Source: Eledone cirrhosa (lineage: Eukaryota). Taken from it: 64,000 nt of DNA. The DNA is taken from the NCBI GenBank assembly GCA_964016885.1, contig OZ024740.1, positions 240,560,001 through 240,624,000 of the forward strand, given 5' to 3'. Shown here one piece after another: positions 22,550 to 34,603 of this stretch. The position numbers and the translations under genes are program-made. Within the stretch, counting starts at the first letter, position 1. The number at the start of each line of letters is the position of its first letter. Below the pieces are notes generated by a model. That model was given only the letters and a program-made list of their open reading frames with translations, did no database searches and was not told the origin of the DNA.

Positions 22550-25500
22550 CATTAATTGTTAAATACGAAAGTTTTTGGTCGTATTGAACAGAACAAATTT
22601 TGTATTTTTGTTAATCGCTTGTTAATGCAAGGGCCCCCATTCAATCATTACCTTCTATCTAGCTACCCAACACCCCTCCCTCCCGCCCCCACGCACCACC
22701 ATTGCTATTACGTGGACCAATCATAAGCCAGAGCCCCCACGCATCACCAGTATTATTAAGCGGGACCAATCAGAAGCCAGAGGCCTATACTATCGCTTGC
22801 CTGGTTGCCTTTCGATATATGATGGATGGATGGACTGCGAATCCTGGAGAGTGGAGGAGAGAGAAAAATCTGGACGCTCAGCGACAATGCCAAAGATAAA
22901 GACAAATTCACCTCTTGGACGAGAATGCGAGCACTCCTCATTGTTTCGACCGCGGACGGCTAACATAACCCCATCGCCCCCCCCGCCCCCCACCGCCCCC
23001 AACCCCCAAACGCAATCCAAAACTTCAGAGTTGGTACCATAAAATGTAGGCACCCTAAAGGGTCGCGCTAACGAGGTTGTAGAAATGCTTGAACGTAAGG
23101 AGGTCGATGTTTGTTGTATTCAAGAGACCAGGTGGAGGGGTGGGTCTGCTAGGTTCATTGAGGGTAAAAAACGATGTTATAAGCTTTCTGGGTGGGAAAC
23201 GACGATGGGCTGGGTGGAGTAGGAATCATGGTAGCAGAAAAGTGGGCAGATAAGATAATAGACGTAAATAGAGTGAACGACAGAATAATTAAAATACGAC
23301 TGTCCTCAATAGAACTACGGTGACAGTAATATCTGCGTACGCACCCCAATCCGGACTGCCGGCACTATAAAAGACAGATTCTATGAGACACTGATGCTAA
23401 CTACCTCCCAAATATCCGACAGTGACTATATAATTATCGCAGGCGACCTAAATGGTCACGTTGGACAACATTGTGACGGCTACGACGAAATCCATGGAGG
23501 CTATGGTTTGGTACTAGAAATGAGGAAGGCTCCAGAATCCTGGAATTCTGTGATGCAAATAACCTAACTATCTGTAACACTAACTTCAAAAAACGTGACA
23601 ATCACCTGATCACCTATAGATCCGGGAACACACAAGCCAGGTAGATTATATCCTTACCAGAAGACGTGACAGAGTGTCTGTTGTAAACACTAAATCCCTC
23701 CCCCATGAAGAATGCACCCCCCAACATAGACTGATAATTAGCGACCTCATAGTCAGGACGAGACGTACTCGACAGCAGAAGAGGACTATCCTCAGGAGAA
23801 AAATATGGAAGATAAAGGACCCCACAGCCAGGAATAAATTTCAAAGCATATTACTTGATGCTTTCGACAGTAAGGAAGAACATTTAGAGTCGGACAATAT
23901 AGAGGGGAGAGTGGGAATTTCTGAAAGCAAACCTGCTGTTGGCGACAGACAAAGTCTGTGGCTGGAGCAGGCCTGTAGGCAGGAGGAGAGTAACATGGTG
24001 GTGGAACAGTAAGGTGGAGGGGTCAATTAAGGCCAAAAGCAGGCTTGGAAAGTATGGCGGGATGGGGGAAGTAGAGAAGACTATCAAGTGGCCAGGAGGG
24101 AAGCTAGGAGACAAGTGTACTTAGCAAGAAGGGAAGCTGAGGAAAGAAAGTTCAAGCATGTTCTACAACGCGATGACCAAAAACGTGAGGTGTTCAGGAT
24201 TGCTAGGCAATGCGTCAAGGAAAACCGTGATATTGTCGGGGAGAAGTGTGTACTAAACGACGATGGCACACTTGCCATCACCGACGCTGATAAGAAGGTA
24301 GCTTGGAAGTGTCACTATGAAAGGCTACTAAATGAGGAGAATAAATGGAGAAAGGACAGTCTCCCCCATATCGACCCAATAGAGGGACCAGCAGTGTTAG
24401 TCGAGGGGAGTATAATAAGTAAGGCAATCAAGGATATGAAGACGGGTAAGGCGGCTGGGCCTTCGGAAATAGTTGCTGAGATGCTGAAGGCATCTGGCAC
24501 GGTGGGACACACCATGGTCACCCGCATAGTTAACCAAGTCGTACAGAATGGGGTTGTTCCGAAGGACTGGCATAGCAGCATCATCGTTAACTGTTATAAG
24601 GGTAAAGGAGACGCCCTAGATAGGAGTAACTATAGAGGCATTAAATTAATCGACCAGGTCATGAAGGTCACGGAAAAAGTAATAGCGCAACTAATCAGAG
24701 AGAGAATTGACCTAGATGAAATGCAGTTCGGGTTTGTGTCAGGCAAAAGTACCACAGACGCTCTTTTCATAGTACGACAACTACAGGAGAAGTACCTAGC
24801 TAAAGGTAAACCCCTCTACTTAGCTTTTGTCGACTTGGAGAAAGCCTTCGACAGAGTCCCCCGCTCCATTATCTGGTGGGCTCTTAGAAAACTAGGCGTT
24901 GACGAATGGCTTGTGAGGGCTATACAAGCCATGTATAAAGAAACAGTCAGCAAGGTTAGAATTAACAACGAATATAGTGAAGAGTTTAGCGTAAAAGTTG
25001 GCGTCCATCAGGGCTCTGTTCTCAGCCCACTACTATTTATTATTGCCCTTCAGGCTATAACAGAGGAGTTCAAGACAGGCTGCCCATGGAACTCCTATAC
25101 GCAGACGACCTGACACTCATAGCGGAATCAATGGCCGAGCTAGAGAAGAAATTCCAAACATGGAAGCACAGCCTAGAGTCAAAAGGACTTAAAATTAACC
25201 TGGCTAAGACCAAAGTACTAGTTTGTAGGAAAGAAAACAAGGCGGCGGTCCCTTCTGGGAAATGGTCGTGCTCGGTGTGTAGGAAAGGCGTAGGTAGAAA
25301 CTCCATTTTATGTCCTAAATGCAAAGTATGGGTGCATAAAAGATGTAGTGGGATCACAGGTAAGCTAACTAAGAACATAGATTTTACATGTGGCCGGTGT
25401 TCTGGTGCAATAAGTAGCAGCAAGTGCCCACAAAATACTAGCTCTTTCAATTGCGCAGAGGGTTCTATAGAAATAGTGGACAGCTTCCGTTACCTGGGCG

Positions 25501-25975
25501 ATAAAATCAGCAGTGGGGGAGGGTGCTCTGAAAGTACTGTAGCTAGAGTCAGAACTGGTTGGAAAAAGTTCAGAGAGCTTATACCACTATTAGCTGCTAA
25601 AGGGTTCTCCCTAAAAATGAAAGGCAGGTTGTACGATGCCTGCATACGAACAGCAATGCTGCATGGCAGTGAGACCTGGGCATTGTGTGCAGAGGATATA
25701 CGCAGACTAGAGAGGAACGAAGCTTGCATGCTCCGCTGGATGTGTAACAGTAATATACGTGAACGGCAAAGCATAAACGAACTAAGGAAAAAATTAGAGA
25801 TAAGAGGGATCAGATGTTGTTTACTCGAGAGAAGGCTACGTTGGTATGGACACGTGATGCGCATGAAAGTCGATAGCTGTATAACAAAGTGCAGGGCAAT
25901 AAAGATAGACGGTAGTCACGGAATAGGCAGACCTAGAAAAACCTGGGACGAGCTGATAAACTCCGACATCACACA
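22550..25975 (+). mobile_element. Near full-length RTE LINE (family 1): 5'UTR, APE endonuclease, RT, PHD-like finger, C-terminus; 3' end lost at the gap
   Basis: ATG 22887; GTINVGTL, CCIQETRW, SAYAPQS, AGDLNGHVG (APE); NYRGIKL, FVDLEKAFDRVP, GVHQGSVLSPLLF, LLYADDL (RT); GRPRKTW. Split by single-base frameshifts. Confidence 0.96.
22714..22782 (+). promoter_or_regulatory. Duplicated CCAAT-containing motif in the RTE 5'UTR (candidate internal promoter)
   Basis: ggaccaatcataagccagag and ggaccaatcagaagccagag ~49 bp apart, upstream of the ATG. Function is inferred. Confidence 0.4.
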
Positions 25976-25984
25976 CATATAGTA

Positions 25985-26184
25985 NNNNNNNNNNNNNNNN
26001 NNNNNNNNNNNNNNNNNNNNNNNNNNNNNNNNNNNNNNNNNNNNNNNNNNNNNNNNNNNNNNNNNNNNNNNNNNNNNNNNNNNNNNNNNNNNNNNNNNNN
26101 NNNNNNNNNNNNNNNNNNNNNNNNNNNNNNNNNNNNNNNNNNNNNNNNNNNNNNNNNNNNNNNNNNNNNNNNNNNNNNNNNNNN
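25985..26184. other. Assembly gap (200 N)
   Basis: Directly visible. Confidence 1.
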
Positions 26185-26324
26185 AATTAGACAATACGTT
26201 ACATGAATACACTGTGCACTGTACTCAGATTCATCGAATAACAGAAACTGATTACTAATATTACTACTATACATTATATATATATATATATATATAAATA
26301 AAGCAAAATAATTTACATAAATAC

Positions 26325-27843
26325 AAAACAAGGCCCTGATCCCTTCGGGGAAATGGCCCTGCTCAGTGTATAAGAAAGGGGTGGGTATAAATTCCATCCT
26401 ATCCTCTGTTCCAAATGCTACATCTCTTGTGTACCCATAGTTTGCAAGATCTCAGGCAGGCTAACAAAGGACATAGGTTTTACATGTGGTCAATGCACAG
26501 AAGCAGTAAGCAGCAAGCACTCACAGGAAACAATTAGCAGTGGAGGTGGGTGTTCTGAAAGTACAGTAGCCAGAGTGAGTACAGGATGGAAAAAGTTTAT
26601 GGAGCTACAACCGCTGCTAGCTACAAAAACCTTTTCCCTCAAAATGAAGGGCAGATTGTATGATGCATGTATACTGGAGAGGAGATTGCAGTGGTATAGA
26701 CATGTGATGTGTATGAAGGATGACAGTTGTATAAAAAGGTGTAGGGTGCTCAAAGTTGATGGAAGCTATGGAAGAGGAAGACTTAGAAAAACTTGCAATG
26801 AGGTGATAAAAGCTGACCTCAGACAATTGCACCTTTCAAAGGTGATGACACAGGATTGAAATCTCTGGCATTATGCAGTACTACAGAAGACCTGCCTTCC
26901 CATGTGCATGGAATGAAGCAACATCTAGTGGTTTCTAGTATGCACCAATCCTCCCCCCTTCCATACTCCTTCCACAAGTTAACACTCCAACCTTCACCAC
27001 CTAAGTACCCCACACTAGACCTACCTCTCCAATCCCCACATCATAAACACATCCCCACCCTACACCCACTTTCCACATTTGATACAACTTTCTTGACCAA
27101 CCCATGTATACAAGCATGGAAAGCTGAATATGCTCTCCCACAATGCTTCTGAAATGGCTAAAATCTCTGTCTACCCTGTAAGGTGGTCTTACTGGGGACA
27201 CAACAAAAACCTCTAGTCTACCTTGGAAGATGTTCATGTTGGTGTCATGACAAAAGAGCATCTAGGCCTCTCTGTAGGGTAGTCATGCTTGTGACATGAC
27301 AGGAAGCACCCAGTCCACCCTGTAAAGTAGACGGGCTAGTGGCACAGCAAGAGCGCCCAGTCTACCCCGTAGGGTGATCATGGTAACAACAATAAATGCC
27401 CAGTCTACCATGTAGAGTGATGATGGTAGTAACATGACAAAAACATCCAGTCCATGCTATAAAGTGGTCATGATGGTGACATGACAAAAAGCACCCAGTC
27501 CAGCCTTGGTGATGCAACAAAAAGCACCCAGTCCACACTGTAAAGTGGTCGTGCTGGTGACAACAAAATGTACCCGTTCCACATTATAAAGTGATCGTGT
27601 TGGTGACACAACAAAAAGTACCCAGTCCACACTGTAAAGGGGTTGTTTTGGTGCCACAATAAAAGCACCCAGTCTACACTGTAAATATGGTTGGTGTTAG
27701 GAAAAGCATCCAGCTGTAGAAACCAAGCCAGAAGCAGTTCTGTATGAGCAAAACATAGTCATCTAATCTGACATGTCACACAACAGGACAGCTTGTCTAA
27801 CCTATGCTGGCATGGAAAAATGGACGTTAAACGATGATGATGA
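26325..27843 (+). mobile_element. Decayed, internally deleted RTE 3' part with expanded ~50 bp subrepeats in the 3'UTR
   Basis: ORF 26575-26859 TGWKKF...GRGRLRKT. The gcacccagtccacactgtaaagtgg-type unit is repeated across ~27160-27700. Tail ggacgttaaacgatgatgatg. Confidence 0.88.
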
Positions 27844-28340
27844 AAAAAAAAAAAAAAAGTACTCAATAGAAATAGAGAACCAGGTATAAAACTCAATACA
27901 GTCATTATTCACTCTAAGTTCCATGTACCACATATATATCTGTGGCATGAAGCACTGAGTAATACTGTTTTAACATATACAATGATCATATCAGTGTGTG
28001 TGTGATTTTCACAGATATAATCAACAAAATATACTGTGTAGTATTTGTTCTGCCGAAGGAAGTGAGCCGGTAAATGGCCAGTAAGAAACCTGTAACGAAC
28101 AAAGCAATTGCATGAACTCTAAAAGGCACATAAAGCTAAGCCTAAGTTAGGCCTTTCTTTTCCTTACATAAATTTTCATATTTTTTCAGTTAACTATTAA
28201 TGTTCTTAACAGTAATATTTTAAAACATTCATGCTTATGAACATAGGCGACATACCATATTCCACTCTTACACCCCCTTATCACCATCTTCCGGTAAGAT
28301 GCTTTTTCCACGTGCTCATGAATCATGATTGATTGTTTAA

Positions 28341-28552
28341 CCCTTTAGCATTTACATTACTATTGTATTTTTGTGGTAAAGGCTTTATCTTACATAATTA
28401 TTTGATATAATATCGAATTTATGAGATTTTGATGTTATTTATTTTGAGAATAATACTTTAACATCAGTCATGAATGGCCAGTTACAGCCATTTTGAACAG
28501 AAAAATGGCGAGAGAATTGAGGTCAGATATGGCCAGTTTAAATGCTAAAGGA
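28341..28552. mobile_element. piggyBac-like MITE
   Basis: TTAA|ccctttagcatt...aatgctaaagga|TTAA. Confidence 0.85.
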
Positions 28553-30620
28553 TTAAGACAACATACATGTTTATATAAGACTGTTATAATAGAATTAGCA
28601 TCAATCAGGCACACAAGCTCTCTCTTGTTTTAGGGGGTGGTTTTAATCCATATCTACCTTAGCTTATATCATTCTTATCTAAATAACATATGCTACTAAT
28701 TTGAGTCATTAAACTTTTAAATAACACTCATTTTATAGAAATATATTGGTTTAATGTTTACTTCAAACTACCCGTCACTTAGTATATTCAAGAAACCAAT
28801 AGGTTTTTTCTACTTTTCTTTAACATCTTTCTTCTCCACCTTCATTCTTTTTTATGCTCAACATTCCATTATTAAGTCACTTACAAATAAGATTCCCACT
28901 CATTCATAAACCAAAGGGTAGTTTTCATTTTGAATAAACTTTATACATTACACTCCAAAGGAGCCTTATTTCCTCTTACTAATAATATGTGCCTTATTGT
29001 AGGCAGTCAATATAAACATGATGATGACACAAATTTTGCTTTTCTACACTCTCACACACTAAACAGTATATATTGCCCCATACCTGTGTAATAACTACTT
29101 GAACAACTGGTTTCCTAAAACTTGAGTTATAAACAATCTGCCTACTTGCATTAATGAACACTACTGGCCTGGCCTGTTCCATTTCAATCTTTATACCTAG
29201 TCAGAGTGCAACCTGTTTATACATTCAAGCACCCATAATAATTTCAAAAGAAATAGCTGGATCATTTTATTTTTGTTTTGTGTGTGTGTGTTTTATGGAA
29301 ATTACATCAACTAAATTTAGCCCTTTTGATACCAAACATTCTGAAAAAGTTCCTGGTTTTATGATACAAAGCTGTTTATTTTAAAGTGATTATATTTATC
29401 TAGAATCCTTCCCACATAATTTTATATAAGAAACACCAATTTAACACCAGTTTAATAATCAGAAAGTTATATTACTAAATCTTTCCAAATTCTTGATTAT
29501 TTCCAAAATTATTTCAAAATCATAAACAGTCTTTTATTAGAAATATAGTAATGAAAAGATAAAATGAATTACATGTCTTCTTATTAGACATGGTACTGAA
29601 ACACAATATATAGAGTTAAGATAATGGAAAGGTAGTGCAGTAATACATAACTAAATTTGTAACATCTTATGGAAATGAAATTAGCTAAGATCAAATAATA
29701 ATTGTATGAAGCTGTAATAATGGTTTCTAATTTTGGCACAGGGCCAGCAATTTTGGGGGGTTATAATCGATCCTAAGGAAGGGTGAAAAGCAGAAAAGCA
29801 AAGTCGACCTCATTGAGATTTGAACTGAGAATGTAAAGAACCAGAACCTGTAATAATAAGGTCATTCTTTATTTATTTTAAGATACAAAATAATATTTAA
29901 GTTAATTTGGTTCCTTCCATTAAATATTTCATCAACATCATCTTTGCATCAATGTTTATATACTGGCATGACCTTGGAATACAGCATCTTACCAAACATC
30001 TTGGTTTTTCCTCCTCTATGAATAACCATCCACAGTTGTCATCATATACCTAAACAAGTGCAGACAAATTTGGCTGTTTGGTGAAATTTGGTAAAACAAA
30101 AAAAGCAACCTGCTCTAATATCTAGATTTTATGCTAGTAATGTTAAAAAAAAACAGTTGACATGTTTTTTTAATTCTTTTGAAAATCAATTGCTGTATTA
30201 ACCAAGGCATTTACATTTCTGTAGTAATTTTTAAAAAACTGTGTATCCCATTTAAAAATTTGATAGGTTTCGCAATTGATATCAGGGAAAAGCGGACGTG
30301 AAATGATGATGATGATCATCATCATCATCGTTTAACATCCGTTTTCCTACATTTTTAATGAAAGACTTTGCTTATGATTTCCAAATCTTTTTGAAAATAA
30401 TGAAGAATTTGGAGGAATTTCATTTATTAAGCTTAATTTTGGAGTAACTCAAAGATTTTTTTAAATATTTTTACATAAAATTATGATGGTTTTCATATTA
30501 TAAACATTTTAAAATAAGCTTTGCATTGTAGAACCAAACAGGGCTGCAAACAGATGGCATAAACTACATATGAACATCATACAAAAGACAACAAAAACTA
30601 GGGAATATATATATATATAT

Positions 30621-30655
<35 letters not shown>

Positions 30656-33529
30656 TGTATACAAGGGACTAGATGAAGAGGAGGATCTGCTAGACTCCTT
30701 GTTGGCAAATAACAATGCTACAAATTTTTCTGGATCGGTAATGATTACGGGCTAAATAGAGGATGTATCCTATTAGCAGAAAAATGGGTAGATAATGTTA
30801 TAGTAGGAAACAAAGTGAATGACAGAATCATTAAACTCAGGATAGTCCTAGATAGAACAACTGTAAATATATCAGCATATGCACTGCAATCTAGACTACT
30901 AGACGGACAAAAAGATGACTTCTATGAATCCCTAAAACATACTACTTCTCTAGTAAATGATAAGGAACTATTAATCATAGCAGAAGAGTTTAATGGACAT
31001 GTTGGACAACACAGTTCTGGTTTCTATGGGATAAACGGTGGGTATGGGTTTAGTACAAGAAATGAGGACGGTTTTAGGCTCCTGGAAATCTGTGATGCTA
31101 ATGAAATGACAATCTGTAACACTAACTTCAGAAAACACAACAATCACTTGATCACTGATAGATCAGGTGAACACACCAACCAAATAGATGAAACATCTTC
31201 ACCAGAAAGTGAAATAGAGTAATGATAACAAACACAAAGTCCCTCCCGGGTGAGGACTGCACCTCCCGACATAACCAAATAATCAGCGACCTGCTAATTA
31301 GGGCTAGACGTACTCAGAGACATAGGGTAACCTGGAGGAGAAGGATAAAGAAGTTGAAGGAGCCCTCAGCCTGCAACAAATTTAGGAATCTTACTTGATG
31401 CTTTTGACAATAAAGAAGAAAGAATAGCAACATACGATATACAGGAGCAGTGGGAGTTCCTAAAAGAAAATCTACTGAAAGCCACAGATGAGGTATGTGG
31501 CTGGAGCAGAGGCCTAAGGAGTGACTCAGTGGTGGAATAGTAAGGTGGAAGAGTCAATAAAGGCTAAGAGAAAGGCATGGAAAAAACGAAAAAATTGGGG
31601 TATCAGAGAACCTTACCAAGTGAGCAAGGGTGAGGCAAGGTAACAAGTATACATTGCAAAGAAAGAAGCAGAAACTAAAAAGTTTATGAATGTTATGCAA
31701 AGTGGGGATCAAAGTGGAGTGTTCAGGCTTGCAAGGCAGTGTGTCAGGGAAAATAGTGATATTGTGGGGAAGAAGTGTGTCTGGGACAACAATGGTGCAG
31801 TTGCCCTCACCGAAACTGAACAGAAGGCAGCATGGAAGTGTCATTACAAGAGACTGTTGAATGAGAAGAATGTGTGGGAGGAAGATAACCTGCCCCAGGT
31901 GAACTCTGCAGAGTGACCAGCAGTGCAAGTCACCATCAGTGTAGTAAATAAGGCAATTAAGGGCATGAAAACCGGCAAAGCAGTGGGGCCATTGGGTATA
32001 GTTGCTGAAATGCTGAAAACATTTAGGATGGTAAGTCACACCAAAACCACTCACATTGTAAACCAAGTTATACAAAATAATGTCATACACAATGACTAGG
32101 GTACTAGCAGCATCGTCAACTGCTACAAGAGCAAGAATGATGCCCTAGGCAGAGAGAACTACCTAGGCATAAAACTCATGAATGTTACAGAAAGAGTCAT
32201 TGTACAACTGATTAGGGAGCGAATTAACTTAGATGAGATGCAGTTCAGATTTATCTCTGGAAGAAGTACCACAGATGCCCCCTTCCATGTCAGGCAACTG
32301 CAGAAGAAGTACCTAGCTAAATGGAAACCCCTCTACTTGGCATTTGTTGACCTAAAAAAACGCTTTTGACAGAGTCCCCTGTTTTGTAATCTGGTGGGCA
32401 CTTAGGAAACTAGGAGTAGAAGAGTGGCTAGTGAAGGTGGTACAAGCCATGTACAGAAGGCTGTCAGCAAGGTTAACATTAATAATGACTAAAGCAAGGA
32501 GTTTAGTGTGCAAGTTGGCTCTGTACTTAGCCCTCTCCTGTTTATTATTGTCCTCCAGGTTATAACAGAAGAGTTTAAAACAGGATGCCCTTAGGGACTC
32601 CTGTGAGCTGATGACCTAACTCTCATAGCTGAATTCATGTCAGGGCTACAGAAAAAATTCCTGATCTGGAAGCATAACCAGGAATCAAACGGTCTTAAAA
32701 TTCTAGTAAGTAGTAAAGAAAACAAGGCCCTGATCCCTTCAGGGAAATGGCCCAGCTCAGTGTGTAAGAAAGAGGTAGGTAGAAACTTCATTGTCTTTCC
32801 CAAATTCAAACTATGGATGCACAGGAGATGTAGTGGGATCCAAGGTAAGTTAGCTAAGAATGTAGATCTTAAATGTGGCTGTTGCACAGGAGCAGTAACA
32901 AACGCTCACAGGAAACAAGTGCTATCAAATTCTTGGATGGTTCTGTTGAAGCAATTGACAGCTTCTGTTACCTGGGTGACCAAATTAACAGTGGGGGGAG
33001 GGGTCGGAAAGTATAGTAGCCAAAGTGAAGACGGGATGGAAAAAGTTCAGGGAGCTACTACCACTGCTAGCTACAAAAGGTTTTCCCCTCAAAATGAAGG
33101 GCAAATTGTATGATGTGTGTATATGAGCAGCCATGCTGCATGGTAGTGAGACCTGGGCACTATGTGCAGAGGACCTGCAAAGATTTGAAATACATGAAGC
33201 TGGCATGCTTTGTTGGATGTGTAGTAGTAATATACATGAACAGCAAAGTATAAATGAACAAAGAGAGGAACTGGACATAAGAGGGATCACATGCAATGTG
33301 CAAAAGAGGAGATTGCATTGGTATGAACATGTGATGTGTATGAAGGATAGCAGCTGTATAAAAAGGTATAGTGCGCTTGAAGTTGATGGTAGCTATAGAG
33401 TAGGAAGACCTAGGAAGCCTTGGACAATTGCACCTCGCAAAGGTGATGACACAGGACTGAGATCTCTGATATTATGCAGTAATACAGAAGACCTGCCTTC
33501 CCATATGCACAGGTTTAAGCATACATTAA

Positions 33530-33940
33530 CCCTTTAGCATTCACATTATTCTCGGTGGATTGGCAGTATCGGTAGAGGGTCGGACGCCATGCTTTCCAGC
33601 ATAGTTACGTCTCTTTACGATCTGAGTTCAAATCCCGCCGAGGTTGACTTTGCCTTTCATCCTTACGGGGTCGATAAAATAAAGTACCAGTAATGCACTG
33701 GGTAATTGCTGGCCTTGTGCCTAAAGTAGAAACAATTATTCTATATTTACTATTTTATTTTCATGGTAAAGGCTTTACCTCTCATAATTATCTCACATAA
33801 TATCAAATCTATGAGATTTTGATATTATTTATTTTGAGAACAATACCTTAACATCAGTATGAGTGGCTGGGTATGGCTGGTTTGAAGAAAAAGAGATGAG
33901 AGAATTCTGATCGGATATGGCTGGTTTAAATGCTAAAGGG
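33530..33940. mobile_element. piggyBac-like MITE in the RTE 3'UTR
   Basis: TTAA|ccctttagcatt...aatgctaaaggg|TTAA, perfect 12-bp TIR. Confidence 0.9.
33555..33740 (+). mobile_element. SINE family B nested in the MITE
   Basis: A-box-like tggcagtatcgg, B-box gagttcaaatc, body gccgaggttgactttgcctttcatccttacggggtcgataaaat, tail gtagaaacaattatt, flanking duplication attattct. Confidence 0.88.
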
Positions 33941-34603
33941 TTAATATGCACCACTTTCCCCTACCCTCCTCACCCACGTTCCATCCCACTCTTCACCCAT
34001 GTCCTAACACCCCCACCCCTACCTGATAAGTCCCCCCATCCCTAGATCTATCTCTCCCATCACCATGTACATTGCCCACTGCAGCCCCCTGTCCACACTG
34101 TAAAATGGTCGTTTTGGTACCATGACATAAAGCACCCAGTCCACACTGTAAAGTGGTTGTGTAGGTGTCACGATAAAAGCACCCAGTACATACTGTAAAT
34201 GTGGTTGGCATTAGGAAGGGCATCCAGCCATAGAAACCAGGCCAAAATTAGTTCTGTATGAGCAAGGCACAGTCATCTGATCTGGCTTGTCTCACAATGG
34301 GATAACTTGTCTAACCTCTGCTAGCATGGAAAAATGGCTGTTAAACAATGATGATGATGATGTGTATATATATATATTTAATTAGAAAGTGAACAACACA
34401 AAATATAACTACTCCATTACCAAAGGTTTCTGGATCACAGACAATAATAATATATACGTCCAAATCGCTCTATACATAGATAATTCTTTTTTCCTTTGCT
34501 TTTTCTTTGGAATTAAGTAACACACGTATATATCATCATCATCATCGTTTAACGTCCATTTTCCACACTAGCATATATATATATTATATTATATATATAT
34601 ATA

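Larger units (their letters stand above)
30660..34362 (+). mobile_element. Older near full-length RTE LINE (APE+RT+3'UTR), many stops, with nested MITE and SINE
   Basis: ORF pieces 30815-31222 (APE), 31686-31916, 32178-32369, 32637-33113 and 33133-33537 are collinear with the 22.9-26 kb copy. (ATG)n tail at ~34350. Confidence 0.92.

Noticed and set aside
16161-22552. Long I/Y/L-rich ORFs (16161-16682, 19742-20644, 22181-22552) and CV/HT-repeat ORFs elsewhere
   Set aside because: Translations of (TA)n and (GT)n microsatellites, not genes
22550-22760. HDV-like ribozyme in the RTE 5'UTR (known for some RTEs)
   Set aside because: I could not identify a nested double pseudoknot by eye; a descriptor search is needed
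28044-28105. Hammerhead-like ctgccga...gaaacctgta
   Set aside because: Core mismatch (CUGCCGA), no convincing stem II and stem I out of register
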